In this document: piece by piece, positions 1 to 7,392 of the stretch | Position numbering within the stretch: the stretch's first letter is position 1 | Layout of the letters: each line of letters starts with the position of its first letter | Virus record (IMG/VR): IMGVR_UViG_3300027833_000032 | DNA from: an uncultured virus (IMG/VR IMGVR_UViG_3300027833_000032) | Lineage: Duplodnaviria; Heunggongvirae; Uroviricota; Caudoviricetes | DNA: 64,000 nt | Direction: 5' to 3' (one strand) | Program-made: the position numbers and the translations under genes | The notes under the pieces: generated by a model | Databases searched by the model: none | What the model was told of the DNA's origin: nothing | Seen by the model: only the letters and a program-made list of their open reading frames with translations

Positions 1-1
1 C

Positions 2-172
2 CATAAAGCACGTGCTGCCGACCTAAAAGTTTGGATGTGTCCTTGGATGCAACTGAACCACGTTGGCACTCACATCTTTCAAGGCGGAATGGGCTCTATC
101 GCAGAGCTTGGTGTAACCGCAACTGCCGACTCAACTTCTAATAAAAAGTCGTACAAAACAGTTGACAAATAG
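2..172 (+). CDS. 3' end of a hypothetical protein truncated by the window start, possibly glycosyltransferase-like
   Basis: Open frame HKARAADLKVWMCPWMQLNHVGTHIFQGG...DK ending at TAG 170-172; not in the ORF track. The family guess rests on the KVWxCPWMxLxHxG motif only. Confidence 0.5.
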   Translation, partial: HKARAADLKVWMCPWMQLNHVGTHIFQGGMGSIAELGVTATADSTSNKKSYKTVDK

Positions 173-190
173 ATGAAAGTGTGTTATAAT
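162..190 (+). promoter_or_regulatory. sigma70-type promoter for the gp45 operon
   Basis: TTGACA (162-167), 17-bp spacer, TATAAT (185-190), with extended -10 TG; AGGAG RBS downstream. Confidence 0.9.
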
Positions 191-221
191 ATACATTCAT
201 TAACCAGGAGAAATTTATATA

Positions 222-884
222 ATGAAATTTTCTAACGAAACCTTGAGTGTCTTAAAAAGTTTTACCGCAATTAACAAATCAGTTTTGTTGAAGCCCGGTA
301 CTACTATAAAGACTATTACTCCAGAAAAAACGCTTATTGCTATTGCAGAAATCCAGGATACGATACCAGCGGAAGCTTGTATCTATGACCTTTCTAGATT
401 CCTGTCAATACTAAGCCTTTATAGTGATCCAGACGTAGAGTTTGGTGATAAATATTTTATTATCTCTGAGGGAAAGAGAAGGACCAAGTATGTCTATGCA
501 GATATATCAATGATCCACACTCCGCCTGAAAAAGATATAAATATACCATCTGAAGACGTTGTTGTCGATGTAACAGAAAGTGATCTTTCTGCAGTACAAA
601 AAGCAGCAGGTGTTCTTCAATTTTCAGAAATCGCATTTGTTGGCGAAAGCGGCAAGTGTTATCTGAAAGCAATCGACAGTGCAAACGATAACGCAGATGA
701 CTTTGGCGTTGAAATCGGGACCACTGACGATGAGTTTAGAGTAATCATTAAAACTGATAACTTAAAACTTATGCCGATGGATTACAAAGTTACCATTTGT
801 TCAAAAGGTATCTCTGAATTCAAAGGTAAAGGTGTCACGTATTTTGTGGCGATAGATTCAAAGTCGACTTATAATAAAGGATAA
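222..884 (+). CDS. gp45: DNA polymerase sliding clamp
   Basis: MKFSNETLSVLKSFTAINKSV N-terminus, IYDLSRFL motif, about 220 aa, upstream of the clamp loader. Confidence 0.93.
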   Translation: MKFSNETLSVLKSFTAINKSVLLKPGTTIKTITPEKTLIAIAEIQDTIPAEACIYDLSRFLSILSLYSDPDVEFGDKYFIISEGKRRTKYVYADISMIHTPPEKDINIPSEDVVVDVTESDLSAVQKAAGVLQFSEIAFVGESGKCYLKAIDSANDNADDFGVEIGTTDDEFRVIIKTDNLKLMPMDYKVTICSKGISEFKGKGVTYFVAIDSKSTYNKG

Positions 885-889
885 TTATT

Positions 890-1165
890 ATGAATAATGC
901 AGTAAATGGCAACTTCGGTGGCCAACAGCAACAAGAGGAAGAGAAGGTCTCAATTAATTTGAACGACATCTCAACCGTTCTTCAGTTGATCGATGTAGTA
1001 TCAACAAGAGGCGGGTTCCAAGGTCAAGAACTAGCTGGTGTAGGAATGTTAAGGAATAAGCTTGAAGCTTATCTAAGACAGAATTCACCTCAGCAACAAG
1101 GTCCCGATGGGGATACTGAAATTGCTGTAGAAGCTGGTGAACTGGCTGATAAGGTAATTGACTAA
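890..1165 (+). CDS. hypothetical protein
   Basis: 91-aa ORF with AAGGA RBS, packed between gp45 and gp44. Confidence 0.75.
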   Translation: MNNAVNGNFGGQQQQEEEKVSINLNDISTVLQLIDVVSTRGGFQGQELAGVGMLRNKLEAYLRQNSPQQQGPDGDTEIAVEAGELADKVID

Positions 1166-1191
1166 AAGATTACCAACCTTTCTCGAGAATA

Positions 1192-1215
1192 GGGGATCAG
1201 TTCCGACTGGTCCCC
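1192..1215 (+). other. intergenic stem-loop (RNA processing, stability or weak terminator)
   Basis: GGGGATCAGT-TCCG-ACTGGTCCCC, 10-bp stem; the T-run is not directly adjacent. Confidence 0.55.
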
Positions 1216-1255
1216 GCCCCTCAATTTTTATATTATATTATGTACAAGGTGATCT

Positions 1256-2203
1256 ATGCAACACAAATCAAATGAAGTTCTATGGGTAGAAAAATACCGT
1301 CCTCAAAGTATCGAAGACACTATCTTGCCCGAGACAATGAAAAATACGTTTCGCAAATTTGTAAATGACAAAAACGTACCAAACTTATTACTAACCGGTG
1401 GACCAGGAGTAGGTAAAACTACGATCGCTAAAGCCATGCTCGATGAAATGGGCTGTGACTATATCGTTAAAAACGGTTCCCTTAATGTGAATATCGACAC
1501 TCTTCGATATGAAATCTCTACATATGCATCCTCTGTATCTCTTACAGGTGGTCGTAAATATGTTATCTTTGACGAAGCAGACTATCTAAATGCAACTTCT
1601 GTTCAACCAGCTTTACGTAACTTTATTGAAGAATATTCTGCTAACTGTGGGTTTATCTTTACTTGTAATTTCAAGAATAGAATTATTGGTCCATTAAGAT
1701 CTCGACTCTCTGAAGTTGACTTCTCTATTGAACAAACAGAACGACCTCAACTAGCAATGCAATTCTTTAAACGTGTTATTAGTATTCTCAATAATGAGAA
1801 TGTTGATTACGATAAAGCAGTAGTTGCAAAAGTTATTGAAAAGCATTTCCCAGACTTCCGTCGTGTATTAACCGAACTACAATCGTATGCAGCTTCAGGT
1901 AAAATCGACGAAGGTATCTTCGTAAATCTAAAGCAAGAAAGTATGGATGAGTTATTCAACCTACTTAAAGCTAAAAACTTTACTGAGATGAGAAAGTGGG
2001 TTGCGAGTAACTCAGATCAAGATATGAATGAAATGTTCAGACGTGTCTATGATATGATGCAAGCTCGTGTAGAGTTCAAGACTCAACCTGGATTCGTAGT
2101 CACTCTAGCTGATTATATGTACAAAAGTAATTTCGTCGCAGACCAAGAGATTAACATGGTTGCATTCTTAACTGAAGTTATGATTGAATCCGAGTATGTC
2201 TAA
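1256..2203 (+). CDS. gp44: clamp loader large subunit (AAA+, RFC-like)
   Basis: LWVEKYRP, Walker A GGPGVGKT, Walker B VIFDEAD, PLRSR sensor motif. Confidence 0.95.
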   Translation: MQHKSNEVLWVEKYRPQSIEDTILPETMKNTFRKFVNDKNVPNLLLTGGPGVGKTTIAKAMLDEMGCDYIVKNGSLNVNIDTLRYEISTYASSVSLTGGRKYVIFDEADYLNATSVQPALRNFIEEYSANCGFIFTCNFKNRIIGPLRSRLSEVDFSIEQTERPQLAMQFFKRVISILNNENVDYDKAVVAKVIEKHFPDFRRVLTELQSYAASGKIDEGIFVNLKQESMDELFNLLKAKNFTEMRKWVASNSDQDMNEMFRRVYDMMQARVEFKTQPGFVVTLADYMYKSNFVADQEINMVAFLTEVMIESEYV

Positions 2204-2390
2204 TCCATTTAAGATTGATTTCCGCAAAACTATCGAATGCTTTAACTGTAGTGAGCGTATTGAAGGAGGTGAAGAATACACTCTAAAGTACCAAGCAGCA
2301 GATGGAGAAGCGGAAGTCAAGATGTGTGCTAACTGCGCAAAAGAATTTAATGAGATACTCATAGGAATCGAGGAGATACAAAATGGCTAA
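2196..2390 (+). CDS. small putative zinc-finger protein
   Basis: ATG at 2196 overlaps the end of gp44; CFNC...CANC motifs; the 3' end overlaps the gp62 start. Confidence 0.7.
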   Translation: MSNPFKIDFRKTIECFNCSERIEGGEEYTLKYQAADGEAEVKMCANCAKEFNEILIGIEEIQNG

Positions 2391-2781
2391 AGGTGACTTA
2401 AATCCATTTGATTTTATGAATGCTGCTTCTTTTAGTAAAGTAGATCTCATAAAAGATGGAGACAATCCAGAAATAATCGAAAAGCAATATAACGCTTATA
2501 TTGTAAACCGAGGTTTTACAAACTTCGAAGATACAATACTACATGCTAATGAAATGAATCAGAGACACGAGTTATTTCCTGGCGCACAATTTGATTACTA
2601 CCGTGCAGTATTGAGAAAGCGCAAGAGATTTTCTAAATGGCCTAAGGCTTCTAAAGATGTAGATCTTGACGCGATACAAGAAGTTTATCAATGTAACAGA
2701 ACAGTTGCTAAGCAATACTTTAAGGTATTGAACAAAGAACAACTGCAAACTGTGCATGATCGCCTCATTACAGGTGGCTAA
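2383..2781 (+). CDS. gp62: clamp loader small subunit
   Basis: PFDF, YNAYIVNRG, ANEMN and RKRKRFSKW motifs; position between gp44 and regA; GAGGAG RBS. Confidence 0.88.
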   Translation: MAKGDLNPFDFMNAASFSKVDLIKDGDNPEIIEKQYNAYIVNRGFTNFEDTILHANEMNQRHELFPGAQFDYYRAVLRKRKRFSKWPKASKDVDLDAIQEVYQCNRTVAKQYFKVLNKEQLQTVHDRLITGG

Positions 2782-2855
2782 GTTTTAAAAAAAATAAATA
2801 AGCTTATATGGTTATATACCGTGGCCACTAATAATTAAACAGGTGAATATGTATC

Positions 2856-3266
2856 ATGGAACAAGAAGATATTTTTAGAGGTGTTGGCATTGAAGTAATG
2901 CTTCCCACACCTGACAGTTTTCTTAAGATCAAGGAAACTCTAACAAGGATAGGTATCTCTTCTCGTAAAGATAAGAAGTTATTTCAATCCTGTCACATCT
3001 TGCATAAAAAGGGTAGATACTCAATTCTTCATTTTAAAGAATTGTTTATACTCGATGGCAAGCACAACACGTTTACTGATGAAGATCATGCTAGACGGAA
3101 CACTATTGTAAACCTACTTGAAGAATGGGAGCTAGTAAAGATTGTAGATCCAAGCAAAACAAAGGATCCAATTGCTACCCTAAATCAAATTAAAATCATT
3201 TCCTTTAAAGAAAAAGATGATTGGGAATTAACTGTCAAATACAATATAGGTAACGGAAAAAAGTAG
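2856..3266 (+). CDS. regA: RegA translational repressor
   Basis: FLKIKETLTRIGISS, LFQSCHILHKKGRY, HFKELF, RRNTI..LL.EW, K..W.L..KYNIG motifs. Confidence 0.96.
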   Translation: MEQEDIFRGVGIEVMLPTPDSFLKIKETLTRIGISSRKDKKLFQSCHILHKKGRYSILHFKELFILDGKHNTFTDEDHARRNTIVNLLEEWELVKIVDPSKTKDPIATLNQIKIISFKEKDDWELTVKYNIGNGKK

Positions 3267-3295
3267 TTGACAAAAATTTAATTTTATGATATAAT
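3267..3295 (+). promoter_or_regulatory. sigma70-type promoter for dUTPase
   Basis: TTGACA (3267-3272), 17-bp spacer, TATAAT (3290-3295), extended -10 TG. Confidence 0.88.
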
Positions 3296-3307
3296 GGTGA
3301 ATATATA

Positions 3308-3814
3308 ATGAATGTTTATAAGACAAAAGAAAGCGCAATAATCCCTCAATACGCAACTCAAGGCAGTGCATGCTTTGATATTCATGCTGCGTTTAAAAAA
3401 GGTGACAAGATTACTGCATTCAATTCCGTTAATAGAAAAATAGAAGTTCTCACTAAAGAGATCGAAGGGCAGGCTACTTTCCTAATACATCCCGGCCAAA
3501 GGGTAATGATACCAACTGGTTTAATATTTGATATACCAGAAGATCACGTAATGAAAATGTATATTCGTAGCAGCGCTGCTGCCAAAAAGGGTTTAGCATT
3601 AAGTAACGGTGTTGGTATTATAGATTCTGATTATGTTGATGAAACACATATTCTTGTTATAAACATATCTGATAGCTTAGCACGTGTTCAACACGGCGAA
3701 AGACTAGCTCAATGCATGGTTGAGAAAATAAACCGACACGAATTAGAATTAGTTAACGAACGCCCTATGCAGAAAACTGATAGGGACGGTGGAATAGGAA
3801 GTACTGGTAGTTAG
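3308..3814 (+). CDS. dut: dUTPase (trimeric type)
   Basis: All five motifs present: ACFDI, RSS, GIIDSDY, GERLAQ, RDGGIGSTG. Confidence 0.95.
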   Translation: MNVYKTKESAIIPQYATQGSACFDIHAAFKKGDKITAFNSVNRKIEVLTKEIEGQATFLIHPGQRVMIPTGLIFDIPEDHVMKMYIRSSAAAKKGLALSNGVGIIDSDYVDETHILVINISDSLARVQHGERLAQCMVEKINRHELELVNERPMQKTDRDGGIGSTGS

Positions 3815-3888
3815 AAAGTTTTGTTGATGACTCGGATTAAACCACCTGATTTCATCATTTTATCGAATTTTTTATATAATATTGCCAT
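3811..3888 (-). CDS. putative 25-aa peptide MAILYKKFDKMMKSGGLIRVINKTF
   Basis: ATG preceded by TAAGGAGA RBS (3893-3900) and a TATAAATA promoter (3923-3930); stop overlaps the dut stop; below the ORF-track size cutoff. Confidence 0.65.
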   Translation of the reverse strand: MAILYKKFDKMMKSGGLIRVINKTF

Positions 3889-3922
3889 ATATTCTCCTTA
3901 TTAATATTTTGTATATACAGTA

Positions 3923-3930
3923 TATTTATA
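3923..3930 (-). promoter_or_regulatory. T4 late (gp55) promoter
   Basis: Exact TATAAATA on the minus strand, upstream of the 25-aa ORF. Confidence 0.65.
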
Positions 3931-3966
3931 CAAACATGTTACAAGTACGTGACAAAAAGGTGACAA
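3927..3966 (-). promoter_or_regulatory. 11-bp-phased direct repeats, Pho-box-like operator
   Basis: Minus strand reads TTGTCAC-CTTT-TTGTCAC-GTAC-TTGTAAC-ATGT-TTGTATA. Confidence 0.6.
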
Positions 3967-3969
3967 ATT

Positions 3970-4119
3970 ATGATAAAAGATGATACATTACTTATAAAAG
4001 TAAATAAAGAACAGAAAAAAGAATTCATTCAGCTCTGTAAAGATGATGATACAACAGCATCAAGAGAACTGCGCAATTATATTAAACAATTTATAAAAGC
4101 ACACGCAGAAGCTGAATAA
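3970..4119 (+). CDS. 49-aa ribbon-helix-helix (CopG/Arc-like) DNA-binding protein
   Basis: MIKDDTLLIKVNKEQKKEFIQLCKDDDTTASRELRNYIKQFIKAHAEAE: alternating beta strand then two helices; AAGGTG RBS; not in the ORF track. Confidence 0.72.
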   Translation: MIKDDTLLIKVNKEQKKEFIQLCKDDDTTASRELRNYIKQFIKAHAEAE

Positions 4120-4126
4120 ATAAAAA

Positions 4127-4211
4127 TGTAGGTACGAAAGATCGGCCTGCAATAACCGGTGTGCTAAAAGCCACCATAGTATAATCATATCTTGCATAAA
4201 AGGAGATAAAA
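4127..4211 (+). ncRNA. structured hsp20 5' leader, ROSE-like RNA thermometer candidate
   Basis: Three hairpins follow an AATAAATA promoter (4115-4122); the last, TATCTTGC-ATAA-AAGGAGATA, pairs with the SD sequence. Confidence 0.55.
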
Positions 4212-4667
4212 ATGACTGGATTAAATATACATAACCTACAACCATTCACGGTTGGATTTGATCGAATCTTCGATCGTTTAGTAGAAATTGAGAACCACCC
4301 TGCACAGCACGGGTCACAAGGTTTTCCACCCTATAATATCAGAATCAATAAAGCCGAGGATAAGTTCACTATCGAACTTGCACTTGCTGGCCTTGATGAA
4401 TCTGATGTTGATATTGAAGTAAAAGAAAATCAATTAGCAATTAAGTCGACGTATGAAACTGGCGAAACTGTTGATGATAAATTTATTCATAAGGGAATTT
4501 CTAAAAGAAAATTTACGCGTAACTTTGACCTTGCAGACGACATTGTTGTTAAAGGGGCAAGCTTCAAGAATGGTCTTTTGACCATTGGTCTTGAGCGTAT
4601 TATTCCTGAGTCAAAAAGACCTCAGAAAATTAAAATCGGCAAAGAGAAAGACTTTTTAGTCGAATAA
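4212..4667 (+). CDS. hsp20: small heat shock protein Hsp20/IbpA
   Basis: VGFDRIF, FPPYNI, IELALAG, FIHKGISKRKFTRNF.LAD, NGLLTI.LER.IPE motifs. Confidence 0.96.
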   Translation: MTGLNIHNLQPFTVGFDRIFDRLVEIENHPAQHGSQGFPPYNIRINKAEDKFTIELALAGLDESDVDIEVKENQLAIKSTYETGETVDDKFIHKGISKRKFTRNFDLADDIVVKGASFKNGLLTIGLERIIPESKRPQKIKIGKEKDFLVE

Positions 4668-4676
4668 AACTTGAAC

Positions 4677-4695
4677 GGAGGGCGCAATGCCCTCC
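4677..4695 (+). other. intergenic GC-rich stem-loop without a U tract
   Basis: GGAGGGC-GCAAT-GCCCTCC between hsp20 and the peroxiredoxin gene. Confidence 0.55.
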
Positions 4696-4714
4696 ACCTA
4701 TAAAGGATTATAAT

Positions 4715-5233
4715 ATGGAAAACAAAAGAGTACCTGACGCGATCTTTAAAACACGCTCACAAAACCTAGAATCTGGTGAATTTCAATGGAATGAATTAAC
4801 TACTAGTGATTTATTTGCTGGTAAAAGAGTCATTGCTTTTTCATTACCTGGCGCATTTACGCCAACTTGTTCTAACTTTCAAGTACCTAGCTATAACGCT
4901 AGGTGGGAAGACTTTAGTAAAGCTGGTATTGATAAAGTGTATTGTATTTCTTGTAACGATGCTTTTGTGATGAACGCGTGGGCCAAAGTTCAAAGAACTC
5001 CTAACATTGAGTTCTTACCTGACGGTTCGTGTGATTTTACTGAAAAAATGGATATGCTTGTACGTAAAGACAATTTAGGATTTGGTGCAAGATCTTGGAG
5101 ATATGCTATGGTTGTAAACGATGGTGTTATTGAAAAGATGTTTGTTGAACCTGGAATGTCTGATGATTGTGATTCAGATCCATACGATGAAACAACTCCT
5201 GAAAATGTTTTAAACTTTCTATTACAAGAGTAG
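4715..5233 (+). CDS. peroxiredoxin (Prx5/redoxin family)
   Basis: FSLPGAFTPTCS active site, NDAFVMNAW and GFGARSWRYAM motifs. Confidence 0.95.
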   Translation: MENKRVPDAIFKTRSQNLESGEFQWNELTTSDLFAGKRVIAFSLPGAFTPTCSNFQVPSYNARWEDFSKAGIDKVYCISCNDAFVMNAWAKVQRTPNIEFLPDGSCDFTEKMDMLVRKDNLGFGARSWRYAMVVNDGVIEKMFVEPGMSDDCDSDPYDETTPENVLNFLLQE

Positions 5234-5269
5234 AGGGAACGCGGGAAGCTTTCCTAATCTACCTTTTTT

Positions 5270-5294
5270 GGGGGCCTTCGGGCTCCCTTTTTTT
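5270..5294 (+). terminator. rho-independent terminator
   Basis: GGGGGCC-TTCG-GGCTCCC followed by T7; T4-typical C(UUCG)G loop, at the junction of convergent blocks. Confidence 0.9.
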
Positions 5295-5296
5295 AA

Positions 5297-7204
5297 TTAG
5301 GTACCAAGTAATCCTGGCACTGGGCAATATCCCAACCCATCGCCTCTATTAAATCCTTGAAGAATTGTTGTAGCGGTTTTAGCTCCACCAGTAGACATAG
5401 TAATTGGTGTGATTGTATCACCACCTTGATTAAATACATTAATAATGCCGTTGCCACCACCAAGGCCAAGAGGATCCTGCTCATTCATTGCTTTAAGTGC
5501 AACATCAGTATATGATCCTGTGAAATCTATATCATTAATTTTAAGATATTCTTGGAATTCTGCATTTCTTTCAGCAACTGATTGCTTTTTATCAACTTCT
5601 TGTTTTTTCAAGAGATTAGCTGCCATCATCTCATCTCTTGTTTCTACTGTCATTAATGTGCCGCGATATTTAACTAGACCCATATCTTCGGTTGACATAC
5701 CTAATCTTTTTGAACCAAACTCAGCAGTTTGTTCTAACTGACCCTGGTTCATAGCAACAACATTTTCTAATCGTTGAATTTCTGCGTCATATTTCTCTTG
5801 CAGATCTTCTTGACTACGTTCCGTAAAACTGTTGCCGCTAGCACTTGTCTTGTATTTGTGTGCTGCATAATAAGCTTCTGGATCTGATAACATTTGTCTC
5901 ATTCTAGCTTTAGCTTTATTAATTGAGTCTTGATCTTCTTGAGTAGATATATCGAAAGTTTCTAAAAACTCTTTTTGATCTGCTTCAGTCTTTTTCTTAA
6001 GATCAGCAATTTGCTTTTCTATTGCAGCAGGATCTGCACCAAGCTGCATAGCTTTTTTCCTTTGCTCTAACAAACGCTCCATTTGATCTTCAGTTTCCAT
6101 GTTCTGAGCGTATATTTCTTCTATTTTGTTAGGAAGATTATCATCATCTTTAACATAGTCAATAGCCTTAAGCACACCACCGACTAAAAACATACCTAAA
6201 CCTGCTGCAGCTCTAACAAGAAGACCGCCCGGTATAAACAGAGAAGCTATAGTTGCTGCAGTAGCAAGTCCACCGACTTTATAACTTGTGGGTATTTCAG
6301 TATTAGCAATATCTTCACCTGTCATATCCGAGCTGCGCATGAAGTTCATAATAGGATCTATTGCAGCATATAAACCAGTAAATACTAAACCAGCTATACC
6401 GCCTTTAAGTAATTTAGGATTTATTTTAGCTGCTTTCATTCCATCGCCAACGTCAGCTGTTCCTGGCGTTACTAGTTTTAGCATTGATTTAAACGTTAGA
6501 TATTGTGCAGCACCACTGACTACTGCTCCTCCGACAGCCGGTACGGCCTTGGCGGCCACATAACCAGCACCTAGCATGCCGACAGGTGAAGCAAGAGCTT
6601 TAACATTTTCTACTAACCCATCCCAGTCGCCTGTTGTTAATTTACCTAGAGCTGTGCCTGCTCTAGAAAAAGCATCAAACAAATCTGGCATTTTAACATC
6701 TTTACCAAAGAATTTGGGTGCTAAAGCTTCAACAGCACCAGCTAATACTTGATATCCTATCGCACCAACAACACCAAAGAATAAAGTTTTCTTTATAATA
6801 TTAAATGCGCCTGATAAAGTACTAGCAAATATTCCGTCTTTGCCGAATACTTTAAAGTCTTTCTGGTCTCTTTCTTTAGCAAGTTTTAAGTCTTGTGCTA
6901 ATTTTTGAGAATCAAGCTTTTGCTGAGATTTAATATTTTCTTTTTCAGCTTTTTCAAAGTCTTTACGCTCTTTATCATCTAAGAGCTCTATCTTAGCTTC
7001 TCTTTCGTCTCGTAGTTCTTCGAGCTTTGTTTGACCTTGAAGAGTACCAGTAATACCTTGCATACTTGAAGAAAGAGCCTTGAAAGTATCATGGAACTTA
7101 TTCAGCTCTACTTTTACAGACTTAATAGAATTAGTGCCTGTATTTCTCAATAACAGACCTTCGTTAGTAAGCTTTTCTACTATTGCCTTTGTATCTGGTG
7201 TCAT
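5297..7204 (-). CDS. probable tape measure / baseplate hub protein (gp29-like)
   Basis: 635 aa with coiled-coil segments and Gly/Ala-rich hydrophobic helices; directly downstream of gp26-gp51. Confidence 0.6.
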   Translation of the reverse strand: MTPDTKAIVEKLTNEGLLLRNTGTNSIKSVKVELNKFHDTFKALSSSMQGITGTLQGQTKLEELRDEREAKIELLDDKERKDFEKAEKENIKSQQKLDSQKLAQDLKLAKERDQKDFKVFGKDGIFASTLSGAFNIIKKTLFFGVVGAIGYQVLAGAVEALAPKFFGKDVKMPDLFDAFSRAGTALGKLTTGDWDGLVENVKALASPVGMLGAGYVAAKAVPAVGGAVVSGAAQYLTFKSMLKLVTPGTADVGDGMKAAKINPKLLKGGIAGLVFTGLYAAIDPIMNFMRSSDMTGEDIANTEIPTSYKVGGLATAATIASLFIPGGLLVRAAAGLGMFLVGGVLKAIDYVKDDDNLPNKIEEIYAQNMETEDQMERLLEQRKKAMQLGADPAAIEKQIADLKKKTEADQKEFLETFDISTQEDQDSINKAKARMRQMLSDPEAYYAAHKYKTSASGNSFTERSQEDLQEKYDAEIQRLENVVAMNQGQLEQTAEFGSKRLGMSTEDMGLVKYRGTLMTVETRDEMMAANLLKKQEVDKKQSVAERNAEFQEYLKINDIDFTGSYTDVALKAMNEQDPLGLGGGNGIINVFNQGGDTITPITMSTGGAKTATTILQGFNRGDGLGYCPVPGLLGT

Positions 7205-7209
7205 TTAAA

Positions 7210-7392
7210 TTATCCTGTCTGTGCTGCTCTGGCTTTCTCGTTCTGTTCTTTAATGTGGTCAACTAACATCTGAAAATATAAATCCCTCTCGTAAGGTATT
7301 AGATTCTCTATTTCGCTTATACTATATTTATGGTGCTGTGCCATACTGAATATCATTTCGTAATAATTACTCAAACTGATATGACTCAGCAC
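7210..7392 (-). CDS. gp51: baseplate hub assembly protein, gp51-like (possibly made only as a frameshift extension of gp26)
   Basis: SLSNYY...HHKYSISEIENLIPYERDLY motif; GTG start overlaps the gp26 stop and lacks a nearby SD. Confidence 0.8.
   Translation of the reverse strand: MLSHISLSNYYEMIFSMAQHHKYSISEIENLIPYERDLYFQMLVDHIKEQNEKARAAQTG

Noticed and set aside
3908..3922. TGTATATACAG as a LexA/SOS box
   Set aside because: It does not fit the CTGT-N8-ACAG spacing; kept only as a palindrome.
5230..5262. Hairpin over the peroxiredoxin stop as a recoding (SECIS-like) element
   Set aside because: The stop is TAG, the protein is already full length, and a terminator follows immediately.
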